Below, piece after piece: positions 1-14,038 of a stretch of 64,000 nucleotides of DNA. The notes under the pieces are model-generated. The model worked only from the letters and a program-made list of their open reading frames with translations, made no database searches and was not told the DNA's origin. The stretch's first letter is position 1; every line of letters begins with the position of its first letter. Both the position numbers and the translations under genes were made by a program. Location: positions 78,802,001 through 78,866,000 of the forward strand of contig NC_042997.1 of NCBI RefSeq assembly GCF_006345805.1. Direction: 5' to 3'. Origin of the DNA: Octopus sinensis (lineage: Eukaryota).

Positions 1-272
1 TTAGATAACTTGTTCTAAAGTCTTTCAAAAGAAATTATGTCTTCGACCTTTCTATTGAATTTCACCATTACCATAAAGAAAAAGAGAAACTACTCAGAAA
101 TTTACACATAAATGTACATACATATACAAGCGCTCGCTCGCGCGCGCGCACACACACTGACATACTCACGTGCACACGTACAAATACATAGAAATCTACT
201 TGTTTGAATGTGTATGTATTAATATTCAATAACTGTTTCTTATCTTTTGACATATTTCTTTTCTTTTTTCAG

Positions 273-432
273 CTGTTTTGTGCCTAACATCATTTTTGAT
301 CTCACTCAGTTTTGCAGCCCAGTCGGGTAGTTATACGTTTGTGCTCTTTGATGAATTCACCGGTGGATTACCATTGCTTTTTATAGCATTTGCTGAAGTT
401 ATGTCTGTCTCATATATTTATGGCCTCAGCAA
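273..432 (+). CDS. SLC6-family (SNF) Na+/Cl- dependent transporter, internal exon (approx. TM9-TM10)
   Basis: ttttcag acceptor at 271-272 and GTAAGT donor at 433. Translates (A)VLCLTSFLISLSFAAQSGSYTFVLFDEFTGGLPLLFIAFAEVMSVSYIYGLS(K), matching the SLC6 'QSGxY..lFD.y......fE...v...YG..rF' pattern. Phase 2 joins the next exon. Confidence 0.85.
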
Positions 433-1513
433 GTAAGTTGTTTTTCTGTTATTCGATGAAAACAATGTTGTTTCATCAGCTGAATCGAATACCAGAAATT
501 TGTGGCGGAGGGATAACAGCCTGAATTTTGGGGGAGGGAATGATTAAATATGAATTTATATATAGAATATTCTTATACGAAATCAATAACCGATTGTGCT
601 ACATGGTGGTAACAACTGATTTATAATTTTCAATACAATTTTCAATACAATGGGCGCAAGTGTGACATGATTATTGTTTAGAAATTCACTTCATAGTTCT
701 ACTGATACTGCTTGAGGGTTATGCTTTTATGAAGGGGAGAGCACTTTAGTTTGACCTGCGATATCACAGAGGTACAACTTTCCATCGATTTGGTAATATT
801 TTGACTCCAAAATTTTTTAGTATTTTCTCAGATTGTGCTACTCCAAAGGAGTCTTCGGTGATGGCACAGAGACAATACTTTGGATCTTCAATTCACCTAC
901 ATGGATAGCTGCTTCAGGATCTGGAATATATCAGTCACGCATAATCTACACTTTCCAGTCCTGTTAATGAACGATGTAGATCTATTCACTAAATTCCAAG
1001 TTATAAAGACTTGTTCTATCTCTGTGGTCCCTTATTTTCCAAACGAATTGAAATTGTGAGATGGATTATTCTCTGTTGCTTTCATGTTAGTTATATCTGC
1101 TCTGAAAGTATTTGCAGTGAATCCTGTGTAATTTCTCTCGAGATACTTTACGGAATTTATGGTTGGTTATATATCATAACCTTAGAGAGCTAGTGGGGAA
1201 TTTTAAGAGTTCCTGAATTTATAGTTTTTAGATAAAAATAGCTGATCTTAATGTTAATGGTGTTAAAAGGCTTTTGGTATTTATGCTCAGATGAGAAAAG
1301 TGATTGTACTTCAGATATAAAATTCTTTGTTATGTTAGTGACTAAATTCATGTAGAATGATAAATTAAACCAATTTATTTTCCTATTGCTCACTTGCTGT
1401 TATAGTGAAGATGTTGTTTATGTGCCAGTTTTTCGCTAAAGCCACTTCTTCGTATATGTATTGTATGTGTATGCGTGCATAAATATATAATTCAATTTTT
1501 TTTCATTGTACAG

Positions 1514-1676
1514 ATTTGCTGATGACATTCATGTAATGGTTGGAACACGTCCTAGTTACTTCTGGCTAATAATGTGGAAGTATATATCCCCGCTTGTAAT
1601 GATGATCATATTATTAGCTAGTTTAATAAAAATGATAATAACTGGCATGACTTATGAAGTTTGGGATAAAGATACG
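1514..1676 (+). CDS. SLC6-family transporter, penultimate coding exon (approx. TM11)
   Basis: gtacag acceptor and GTAAGA donor. FADDIHVMVGTRPSYFWLIMWKYISPLVMMIILLASLIKM...YEVWDKDT is the classic SLC6 'F.dDi..M.G.rP..yw...Wk.isP' segment. 163 nt (1 + 54 codons). Confidence 0.9.
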
Positions 1677-2239
1677 GTAAGATTTCGACTCAAAAACCTA
1701 CTTCATTATTTTTTGACAAAAATAACTAGATACATAAGGATTGTTATTTGATTATTATGTTACATACTGGTTTTGAAGCTTCTTTTGAATCTCAACAAGT
1801 GTATCATATATTTTAGATGAAACACCGATCTTTGAGCGTTTTCTTTTGAGTTGTATAATACATGCATTTCTAACAGTTGAAGGATCCTTAGAAAATTACT
1901 ATTTTTAAATCTTACAACGTGAGATATTCAGCAACAGTACTTTGTAGTAAAGATTGTTTGCCAACATAACATGGCAGTCCTGGTTTAGGACTAATGTTGA
2001 TGCAATTTAGCCCCAGGAGACATCGTCTCCAGCTGGCTATGATTTGTCCTTTTGTTCTGCATATTAAGCGGATGTGCTTCTGAATGCACCGAAGCAAACT
2101 TGCCTGTTACATATTGAACTCGATTTAATATCTTTATAAGATATCCTTCATGTAAGTGTAATTATAATAAATGACAAGAAGGAAATGAACTTCTTTTGGT
2201 CAAAGAAGGAATTCCTTGGAGACTTGTGATCACTCAAAA

Positions 2240-2500
2240 GGTGAAAGCGCATGGCCTTGTGGTTAGAGTGTTGCAATCATGATCACAAGACCGTGGTTTC
2301 TAGTCAAAGAACGGGCTATGATTTGTGTTCTTGAACAAAATATTTCATTTCACGTTACTCTATTTCACTTAGCTGTAAATGGTAACTTTGCAACAAACTT
2401 GCATACTGCTCAGGGAAGCGTTGAGATCTTGGTCACGTAAACGACATATAAACCGATTAATTGGTTCCATGAGTTGTATGATTCTGGAGGATCACAACTA
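2240..2500 (+). mobile_element. decayed tRNA-derived SINE in SLC6 intron
   Basis: Head 'gcgcatggccttgtggttagagtgttg...tgtgttcttgaacaaaa' resembles the SINE at 18361. Confidence 0.55.
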
Positions 2501-2574
2501 GAATATTCATGGCTAAACTGGTATCTACTGCAATATTAGTACTAAAATAGTTTAGACGAATATAATAGAAATAT

Positions 2575-2575
2575 G

Positions 2576-2606
<31 letters not shown>

Positions 2607-2615
2607 TGTGTGTGT

Positions 2616-2654
<39 letters not shown>
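2575..2654. repeat. (GT)n microsatellite
   Basis: Direct reading. Confidence 0.95.
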
Positions 2655-2657
<3 letters not shown>

Positions 2658-2696
2658 GCTGCTACCATAGTCATTTGAATTTTTATTTTTTGACAG

Positions 2697-2936
2697 GCCA
2701 CCAAAATTAAAACAAAATGGCCCGGATGGTGTTTGTTCATCGGTTCGTCATTCGTTATCCTTATACTTATTTGGATTCCATTAATATTTATAATAAAGAG
2801 GTTTAATATCATTAATTGGAAACCTGATACAAAAGTGTCTTTCCCCAAAGAAGAACTGAGGGCAGAAAAGAATTTGCAACCATACGAGATGAAAGACTGG
2901 GAGAAAAAATATCTTTTTATATTTGAAGATCTTTAG
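2697..2936 (+). CDS. SLC6-family transporter, terminal coding exon (TM12 + C-tail); closest to nutrient amino-acid/orphan SLC6 types
   Basis: ttttgacag acceptor, phase 0. ATKIKTKWPGWCLFIGSSFVILILIWIPLIFIIKRF...EDL* with TAG at 2934-2936. No specific paralog is assignable by eye. Confidence 0.85.
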   Translation, partial: ATKIKTKWPGWCLFIGSSFVILILIWIPLIFIIKRFNIINWKPDTKVSFPKEELRAEKNLQPYEMKDWEKKYLFIFEDL

Positions 2937-3111
2937 ATAAATACGACTTTTAATAGAGTATACACATACACATATATGTATATGAGTGTGTGCATGAGTA
3001 TTTGTGTGTTGTGTGTGCGTATGTATATATGTATATAGATATGGGGTGGTGGTAAATGTATATATTTGTGTGAAACAGCTCGATAGAGTTTATATTATGC
3101 ATATATTACAT

Positions 3112-3228
3112 ATATATTTGGTCAATAAGGGAGTTTTATGTCGCTGCCTTCATTTGCACCACCTGCAGCGAGATGGGTTCATCTGGGACTCTCGACAGAA
3201 AGATATACAGTTTTGTTTTGAAAACACC
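3112..3228 (-). mobile_element. 3' end of CR1-like LINE, separated from its body by the Tc1 insertion
   Basis: Minus strand GVFKTKLYIFLSRVPDEP continues in frame from ...LRDLHKVDV at 4930+. Confidence 0.8.
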
Positions 3229-3230
3229 TA

Positions 3231-4927
3231 CACTTGTGTCAGAAATTAATTAGCACTTCTCAAATTTCTACATTTTCTTACATTTTCTTAATTTAATTAA
3301 CTTATTATCAGAAACAAACACGTTTTTAATCAAAAATTTATTAAAACATATCCCAGCACACCACATAATTGTTATTAATCGTGAAATTTAGTCAATATCT
3401 TGTTGCTCCTCCTTTGGCAGCAATGACAGCTGCTACGCGGGTCGGCATGCTGTCTATGAGTGCCTGCAGGTACTGTGCAGGGATGGCCCTCCATGCAGCA
3501 AGAAGTGCCCCAAACAGCTCGTGTCGGTTCCTGTATTGCTGCACATTCAAATCCCTACCCAATCGACTCCAGAGGTTCTCAATAGGGTTCAGGTCAGGTG
3601 ACTGGCCAGGCCAGTCCATGACCGTCACCCCATGGTCCTTGAAGAAACCGGTTGTGAGTTTGGCTGTGTGGGAAGGCGCGTTGTCCTGCTGGAGCACGTA
3701 CTCCTCGCCACCAAAGAGGTATCCCGTACTATCTCAACGTACTTTGCTGCGTTGATGTTGCCTTCGACGGCATAGAGCCGCCCAACACCACTGTAGCTGA
3801 ACGCCCCTCACACCATCAGCCTACCCCCACCATGCTTCATGGTGGGAGCAATGCAGTCTTTGTTGAAGCGCTCACCCCTGCGGCGTCGCACATGGACAGG
3901 CTTCTCACTGACGAGACTGAATCGCGACTCGTCAGTGAACATCACTGTCCGCCACTGCTGCACGGTCCATATCTTGTGGGCACGGGCCCAGAGCAGCCGC
4001 CTCTTCCGGTTTTGGGCTGTAAGGAGCGGCTTACGGGCGGCCCTACAGGATTTTAGACCAGCTTCCAGTGACGGTGGTTGTAGACAACTGCTTCCCTGTC
4101 ATCTTTTGCATCTCCTCCGCCAGTTGCCGGCTCGTTGCCCTTCGGTTGTACAGTGACTTTCAGATCAGCATCCGGTCCTCCCGCTGGGTCGTCAGCCTCT
4201 TCCGTCCCCTACCCTTTTTGTCAGCTGCTGATCCGGTTTCCTCGTATTTCTTAAATAAGCACTGAATTGTGCGCCTGGCTACACCAAGTTTTCTGGCTAT
4301 TGCAGCCTCCGACAGCTTCCCACGCCACGAGAGAGCCTCGTACCGTCTCTCCAAGATCATGCGAGGTCTTGGGCCCATCTAGGAATGAACGATAAAAAAG
4401 ATATTTTCATTAAAACTATTCATTTGAATAATGTTATGCTATAACAAAACTGCTATGAGTTATTATTCATGAAACAAAAAAGAAAGAAAGCAGAATTTCT
4501 CACCTTATTTGATGTATAACAGAAAGTTTTGTGAACCGGAAGTGACGTCACCAAGCAGAGTGTAGGAGAATTTGTGAGGAAAAAAAATCTTGCAAATACA
4601 AAATCAATTAACCTACGAGCTGTTCAAAACATCTTACGCGATGAGAAAACTTAGTACGGTGTGATTTCGGTCCTTGCGAGGCGCTACCTATATCTATTAA
4701 ACAAAGGAAGATTTGTCTGCATCCGCACTCCAAGTTGTTGTTGCACTGCTATGTCAACATCATTAGGCTGTAGACTCTCAAACCGCTCTGCAAACAAAGT
4801 TACGTCATCGTTCTGCACAACAGTGAACTCGCAACAAAGCAATAGTTCGAGATATGGCCACTAGGTGACAGCAAATATCTTGAGTGAAGAGCAAATCAAG
4901 GGTGCTAATTAATTTCTGACGGTAGTG
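3231..4927 (-). mobile_element. full-length Tc1-family (DD34E) DNA transposon; transposase inactivated
   Basis: 26-bp TIRs CACTTGTGTCAGAAATTAATTAGCAC / CACTACCGTCAGAAATTAATTAGCAC with TA on both sides (3229-30, 4928-29). HTH N-terminus from ATG 4378. Motifs VMFTDESRF, LQQDNAPSH, WPGQSPDLNPIENLW. At least two in-frame TGA stops and several frameshifts. Confidence 0.95.
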
Positions 4928-4929
4928 TA

Positions 4930-6420
4930 CATCCACCTTGTGTAGGTCCCTCAGGCTGTGGGCCCCTGAAACCCAGTCTTCTGCAGGAACTAGTCCTGAA
5001 ACGCGATAGCATTGTTGAGATCTTTGGCACAATGCAGTGGCGACCCGTTCTGGCATTTGTGTAGCTTTCAATGCCAAAATTTGGCACAATCACTTCTAAC
5101 ATCTTCCAGATGTATATTTCTGCATATTTCTCCCGCCTTCACTCCAGGGAGTAGTCTTAGCTGTTTCAACATTTCCCAGTAGCTGAGCTGTTGCAATGAG
5201 ACGATCTTCTTTGTGAAGCTTCGCTGGATTGCTTCATGGTCCGCTGTTAATGTTACACTGTGGGGTGACCATATTTGGGAGCAGTAGTCTAGACGATTGA
5301 ATACGGATATCTTCCAGAGGACCGTTATGGTTTCCTTCTCTCTGGTTCTGAAGGTTCTCAGGATCCAGCCAGCCGTCTGCACTTTGTCGCCATCCTGGTA
5401 ATGTGCACTTGGAAAGAGGTATCATCACTCATGTTGATACCCAGGTCCCTCACTGATTTATATTCTGGGATTGTAATCCCCACCTGAGCCAATGTACCCT
5501 GTAAGGTTTTCATTCAGTTTTGGTAGCGCAGGAATTGGAATTTTCAAGCATTAAACTGCATATTATTATCCTCAGCCCATCTGTAAATTGCGTCCAACTT
5601 CTGCTGCAGGCGTGCAAAATCGCTAGGATTTTGTATTTTCTGTGAGACTTTCGTATCGTCAGCATAGCTTGCAAGGGTGGCTATCCGGGAAGCTGAGGGC
5701 ATATCTGAGAGGGCCACTATAAAAAGCAGTAGTCCCAAGACAGTGCCCTGTGGAACACCACTCACTATTTGTGTTTTCTTTGAGGTGGCTCCAATGACCA
5801 CTACTGCCTAACTTCTATCTTTCAGAAAGTCATGTAACCATTCTCCAAGTTTTCCAGCTATGCCAAGATAGCGCAGTTTGTGGCATATCATACCGTGATT
5901 AATTTTATCAAAAACTTATGCAAAGTCAAGGTATTTTACGTCCACATTTGAGTTGTCGACTAACTGCTTCAACACACAGTCATAGTGTTGTAGGAGCTGG
6001 GTCAGGCAGCTCCTACATAGTCGAAAGCCATGCTGGGTATCATTCAGCAAGTCATTTTCTTCGAAGAATGCAATTGGTTTCCCTCTGACTATTCGTTCCA
6101 TGACTTTCCTGGTGTGTGAAGTGAGAGATAGGCCTAAATTTTTTGGTATCTGCTCTGCTTCCTCTTTTGTGGATTCGGCATATTATTCCTTCCTTCAGTT
6201 TGCATGGCAGCTTGACATTTGCAAGAAAACTCTGAAAGAGAATCCCTAATGGTTTTGCCAAGGCATGTTCGCACGATTTCAGAAGAATTGCTGGTAAACC
6301 ATCAAGGCCAGCAGCTGAGTGTGCGTCCACCTAATCTATGTCTAGTATTATATCTTCTTCACCAACGTCGATGTAATACATCGTAACTGCCTCCCTAGTT
6401 ATAGGTGAGGCAGCAAAGAA
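4930..6420 (-). mobile_element. 5'-truncated CR1-like LINE, RT domain, degenerate
   Basis: AAGLDGLPAILLKSC, QHGFR..RSCLTQLL, YLDFAK, VSGVPQGTVLG, YADDTK, LDYCSQIWSP spread over several frames. Confidence 0.9.
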
Positions 6421-9131
<2,711 letters not shown>

Positions 9132-9374
9132 AGAATAGAAACAAATAAATAGGAATAAACACATGAACAAAATAAATAAAAACAAATTAAACCAACATGT
9201 ATAAAAAAGGGATACAGATAATACAGGCACTCCCCCAATCACACACGCACTTACTAAACATAGACACACATAGGGGTATATCATGCACAAATGACACATA
9301 CAATAGGAATACAAAATATAAAATGGCTGATTGTTAGTAAGGAAAGACACACAAATAAGAAAGAAGAAAGCAAA

Positions 9375-9420
9375 TGACCACTGATGAGGTCACAGAAGTG
9401 TGACGAAAGAACTCTGGTCG
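9375..9420 (+). ncRNA. minimal type I hammerhead ribozyme motif in a Penelope-like terminus (~9131-9530)
   Basis: GACCA-CTGATGA-G-GTCACA(GAAG)TGTGAC-GAAA-G(AA)C-TC-TGGTC, followed by AATAAA at ~9444. Confidence 0.7.
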
Positions 9421-9944
9421 AGATACGATTAACGTAAAAAATGAATAAAGCTAAAGCAAATTAACACCAAATATATAGTGCGTGTGTTTTATTGGCTAAA
9501 CTGGCAACATGACCATCCCCAAATACAACAATATATAGAATAGATATATATATATATAATAGATATATATATAATGTAGGATAAAATTTTTTTTTTTCGA
9601 AAAAAATTTTATCAATGGCCAGCATGCCCTTATTTATAAGTTGTTTATAATAGATATGTATATATATATAATATAATATATATAATATATATATATATAA
9701 TAAAGATATAATATATATATATATATATATTATATCTATATATATATATATAATAGATATTATATATATATATATTATATCTATATAATATATATATATA
9801 TATATATAATATAATATATAATAGATATATATACCTCTTTTACTCTTTTACTTGTTTCAGTCATTTGACTGCGGCCATGCTGGAGCACCGCCTTTAGTCG
9901 AGCAAATCGACCCCGGGCTTATTCTTTGTAAGCCCCGTACTAAG

Positions 9945-10002
<58 letters not shown>

Positions 10003-10031
10003 TATATTATAATAGATATAGATATATATAT

Positions 10032-10200
10032 ATGATGATGGCAATCCTCAAGTTCGAGGATGATGCTCTTCGCGCAAATTTACTGGTGAGTCCGTAGGTG
10101 ACCGATAAGACCAATTCTTGCTTGAAAAGATCGGTCGCAGTGCGGGCATCTAGTGCCGGAAGGGAGAGTCGCACGTGGTTGTTGTTGGCGCTCCTTCATA
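10032..10200 (-). mobile_element. 3' terminal fragment of an RTE-clade LINE
   Basis: Minus strand ...TRCPHCDRSFQARIGLIGHLRTHQ* (C2H2-like RTE C-terminus), short 3' UTR and (ATC)n tail. Confidence 0.8.
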
Positions 10201-10245
10201 TATAGGATATAGATAGATATATTATATATATATATAATAGATATA

Positions 10246-10279
<34 letters not shown>

Positions 10280-10285
<6 letters not shown>

Positions 10286-10787
10286 TAATAAATAAAATAT
10301 ATGCATACATACAAACATATATGTATGTACCTACATCTACATGTATATATATATGCATATATAAATATATATACGTGTGTACAGGACACCACAAATAGAC
10401 GTAGAACTCAACGAGAAACGAAAACGTAAAAACACCATGGAACGGACCATTTTTTTAACAACGAAAAAACAGAGTACAAGACAACTACACAAGGGAAAAT
10501 CCCCTTCATCAGTAGTCCCTAGTTCAACTCCAGCGTGTTTCGAAGGTGGACAGCTGATGAAGGGGGTTTTTCCTTGTGTAGTTGTCGTGTACTCTGTTTT
10601 TTCGTTGTTAAAAAAATGGTCCGTTCCATGCCGTTTTTACGTTTTCGTTTCTCGTTGAGTTCTACATCTATTTGTGGTGTCCTGTACACACGTATATATA
10701 TTTATATATGCATGTATATATACATGTAGATGTAGGTACGTACATATATGTTTGTATGTATGCATATATTTTATTTATTACACTATT
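10280..10787. repeat. ~510 bp near-perfect palindrome (arms ~230 bp, spacer ~40 bp)
   Basis: Arm 10280-10512 is the reverse complement of 10553-10787. Single-arm relatives lie at ~12070-12380 and ~19005-19290. Confidence 0.9.
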
Positions 10788-10862
10788 GTATGACTGAGCG
10801 CCTTCACGTCGATTCGATTCGATTCGTTTGGTTTGGTTTCGTTTCTTCTTCTTCTCTAAGCT

Positions 10863-10907
<45 letters not shown>

Positions 10908-10914
10908 GATATAT

Positions 10915-11137
10915 ATCTATATATAATAAATGTGTGGTGTGTGTGTTCGCTTTCCACGGGAAAATGGGTGCGCTAATTGGTTCCATACTTGGGATCAATG
11001 AATAATTTGACCTCGGATACAAAATAGGGCCTTTATTTCATTTTTTTATTGAAATTAAATAATATTGCTTTATATATGTGATTCACTTCTTTAAAAAAGG
11101 CTTTTCAATGTCAACTTCCGGTATTGACGTTACAACT
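10915..11137 (+). mobile_element. Helitron-like 5' fragment
   Basis: Starts a|TCTATATATATAATAAATG. Shares ~170 bp (catacttgggat...caacttccggtattgacgt) with ~13650-13805, which leads into a PIF1 fragment. Confidence 0.45.
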
Positions 11138-11447
11138 GTTATTCTATCTCTCTCTTTTGCCGAACCGCTAAGTTACGGAGACATAAACATACAAAAACAC
11201 ACACACACATAAATATGTGTGTATATATATATATATTATATATATATATATAATATATATTATATATATATATATACGACGGGCTTCTTTCAAGTTCTGT
11301 CTACCAAATCCACTCACAAGGCTTTAGTCGGTCCGAGGCTCTAGTGGAAGACACTTGCTCAAGGTGCCACGCAGTGGGACTGAACCCAGAAACATGTGGT
11401 TGTGAAGCATGCTTCTTACCAGGCAGCCACGCCTATAATATATTGTT

Positions 11448-11481
<34 letters not shown>

Positions 11482-11569
11482 AATATATATATATCAAATA
11501 TGAGCGCCTATTAATAATAATACTGTAATTGTTCCTGTTGTTGTTGTTTTTTTGTTTCCCTTTTGGATT

Positions 11570-11606
<37 letters not shown>

Positions 11607-11672
11607 TTATAAAATGAGATAGGGGTTGAGATAATTTTGTAGTATTATATATATTACACTATTGTATGACTG

Positions 11673-12384
11673 AGTATTATTATAGTAGATTATCATACTA
11701 GAAGACTCACGGCGCTCTCTTTGCTATTTCCTTTCTCTCATTGTTATTACTTTCTCTCAGTCCCTCTCAGTCATGGCTATTATTTTCACAACTTCTCCTT
11801 CACTGCGGAGGGGTAAAAGTGGTAACAAAAACAGGACAGTAAAGACAATACAAATAAAAAACAGTAAAAGACAGGACAAGGACAGCCACGCCTATATATA
11901 TAGTTTTATATATATATATATATATAAAACTATATATTATAGGCGTGGCTGTCCTTGTCCTGTCTTTTACTGTTTTTATTTGTATTGTCTTTACTGTCCT
12001 GTTTTTGTTACCACTTTTACCCCTCCGCAAAAAATTTTTAATTTTATTTAATTTGCTTTGCGGGAAGTACTGTTTCAGCGGAGTCGTGTCTCGCCTTCAC
12101 TTTCGAAACACAGAGTAGACGAAACAGAGGCGGCTGAAGAAGGGGAATTTTCCTTGTGTTGTATATCTTGTTGTTTAAAAAAATGTCCGTTTCCTTGGTT
12201 TTGTTTTTATGTTTTCGTTTCTCATTGTGCTCGAGGTGTTTTTGGTGTCCTGTACCCATATATGCATGTATATATACATATAGATGTAGGTACGTACATA
12301 TATGTATGTATATATGCATATGTTTTATTTATTATTTTGTTATTATATGATGGAACGCCACGCATCCACTTCCAAGTATATATG

Positions 12385-12425
<41 letters not shown>

Positions 12426-12687
12426 CCTAATATAATGATGAGCGTAGTGCTTTTTATATATTTGTATGTATGTGTGTGTGTGTTTATGTGTGTGTATGTC
12501 CAAAATCACGTAGAAGGAATGAACAGTGAAGGGAGAGGAGCGAAAATAGTAATTCAGTGAAGGAGAAGTTGTGAAAATAATAGCCATGACTGAGAGGGAC
12601 TGAGAGAAAGTAATAACAATGAGAGAAAGGAAATAGCAAAGAGAGCGCCGTGAGTCTTCTAGTATGATAATCTACTATAATAATACT
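11673..12687. repeat. 133-bp inverted repeat pair (11673-11805 / 12555-12687)
   Basis: The arms read as exact reverse complements. Confidence 0.9.
11804..12029. repeat. 226-bp essentially spacer-less palindrome
   Basis: tgcggaggggtaaaagtgg...gccacgcc-(TA-rich palindromic centre)-ggcgtggc...ccacttttacccctccgca. Confidence 0.92.
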
Positions 12688-12924
12688 ATTCTGTATTTCT
12701 CCGACACAACATATGAATGAGGAAGGAAGGGGTAATCCACCGATGGAAGTGGAATGGTGAAAAGTCAACGGTGAAACAAAAATCAAACAGGGCTTCAACT
12801 CTGTGTGAGTATTTGTGTGTTTTTGTGTAAAATATATTTATATATATGAGTGAATGTATATGTGTTTGCATATGTTTATTTAGAAAGATACGCAGAAAAT
12901 AGAATCACAGACACACGCGCATTT

Positions 12925-13014
<90 letters not shown>

Positions 13015-13104
13015 TGTATGTGTGTATGTATGTATGTATGTATGTATGTATGTATGTATGTGTATACATATATATATATATATATATACTATAATATATA
13101 TATA

Positions 13105-13147
<43 letters not shown>

Positions 13148-13243
13148 ATATATATATATATGTATTATATATATATATAGTATATATATATATATGTATA
13201 TATATATATGTATATATATCTATATATGTATATATATATATTG

Positions 13244-13282
<39 letters not shown>

Positions 13283-13299
13283 TATATATATATTATATG

Positions 13300-13357
<58 letters not shown>

Positions 13358-13554
13358 AACAGACACACTTAAAAAGGAAGGAAGCGGGCTGTGACAAAGT
13401 ATAGAAAACCGCGTTCGCTACCGACTGTGCTACTCATGCATATAAATGTATACATATGCACACACATACACATACACATACACACACACTCACACAGAGT
13501 TGAAGTACTTTTTTTTTTTTTCACTTTTTTGTACTCTTTTACCTACTACAATTA

Positions 13555-13586
13555 GCCGTCATTTTTTACGGCACGGTGTCAGCTAG
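13555..13586 (+). mobile_element. Helitron 3' terminus (hairpin + CTAG|T)
   Basis: GCCGT-cattttt-t-ACGGC hairpin, 10 nt spacer, CTAG at 13583-13586 followed by T. Confidence 0.6.
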
Positions 13587-13603
13587 TATATATACAATCG
13601 CTT

Positions 13604-13997
13604 TCTATATATAATAGACATCTTTATGTGTGTATTCGATTTTCACGCGAATTGCTTTCATACTTGGGATGCAAGAATAATTTGACCTCGGATACGTAAT
13701 AGGCACATCAGTTTATTTTTTTATTAGAAATAAATAATATTGTTTTATATTTATGATTCACTTCTTTAAAAAGGTTTCTCAATGTCAACTTCCGGTATTG
13801 ACGTAAAAACGGCGAAGTCGCTCGCTCTCTATTTTTATGTTTTCATTTCAAGTTTTAATTCTCTTTTTGCAAACACTACGATAAATTACTGAAAGAAATA
13901 TTTACTAATTTCACAAATTAAGATATTCGGTACAAGATAGTTTTTAACGCGTTTTTATTTACACGATTTCTCTCACAAACACGCACGCACACACACA

Positions 13998-14038
<41 letters not shown>

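Larger units (their letters stand above)
9835..11435 (-). mobile_element. bipartite tRNA-derived SINE split by ~1.2 kb of nested insertions (pieces 9835-9941 and 11138-11435)
   Basis: The intact copy at 63540-63910 reads 'gcctagtacttatcctatcggtctc' continuously. Here 'gtact' (9941) and 'ttattctatc' (11138) are separated. Confidence 0.7.

Noticed and set aside
10553-10575. CTGATGA/CTGAAGA followed by a hairpin (also ~12135 and ~19240 minus) as a hammerhead
   Set aside because: The hairpin is followed by GTGT rather than GAAA. No consistent stem I/III could be built in any permutation.
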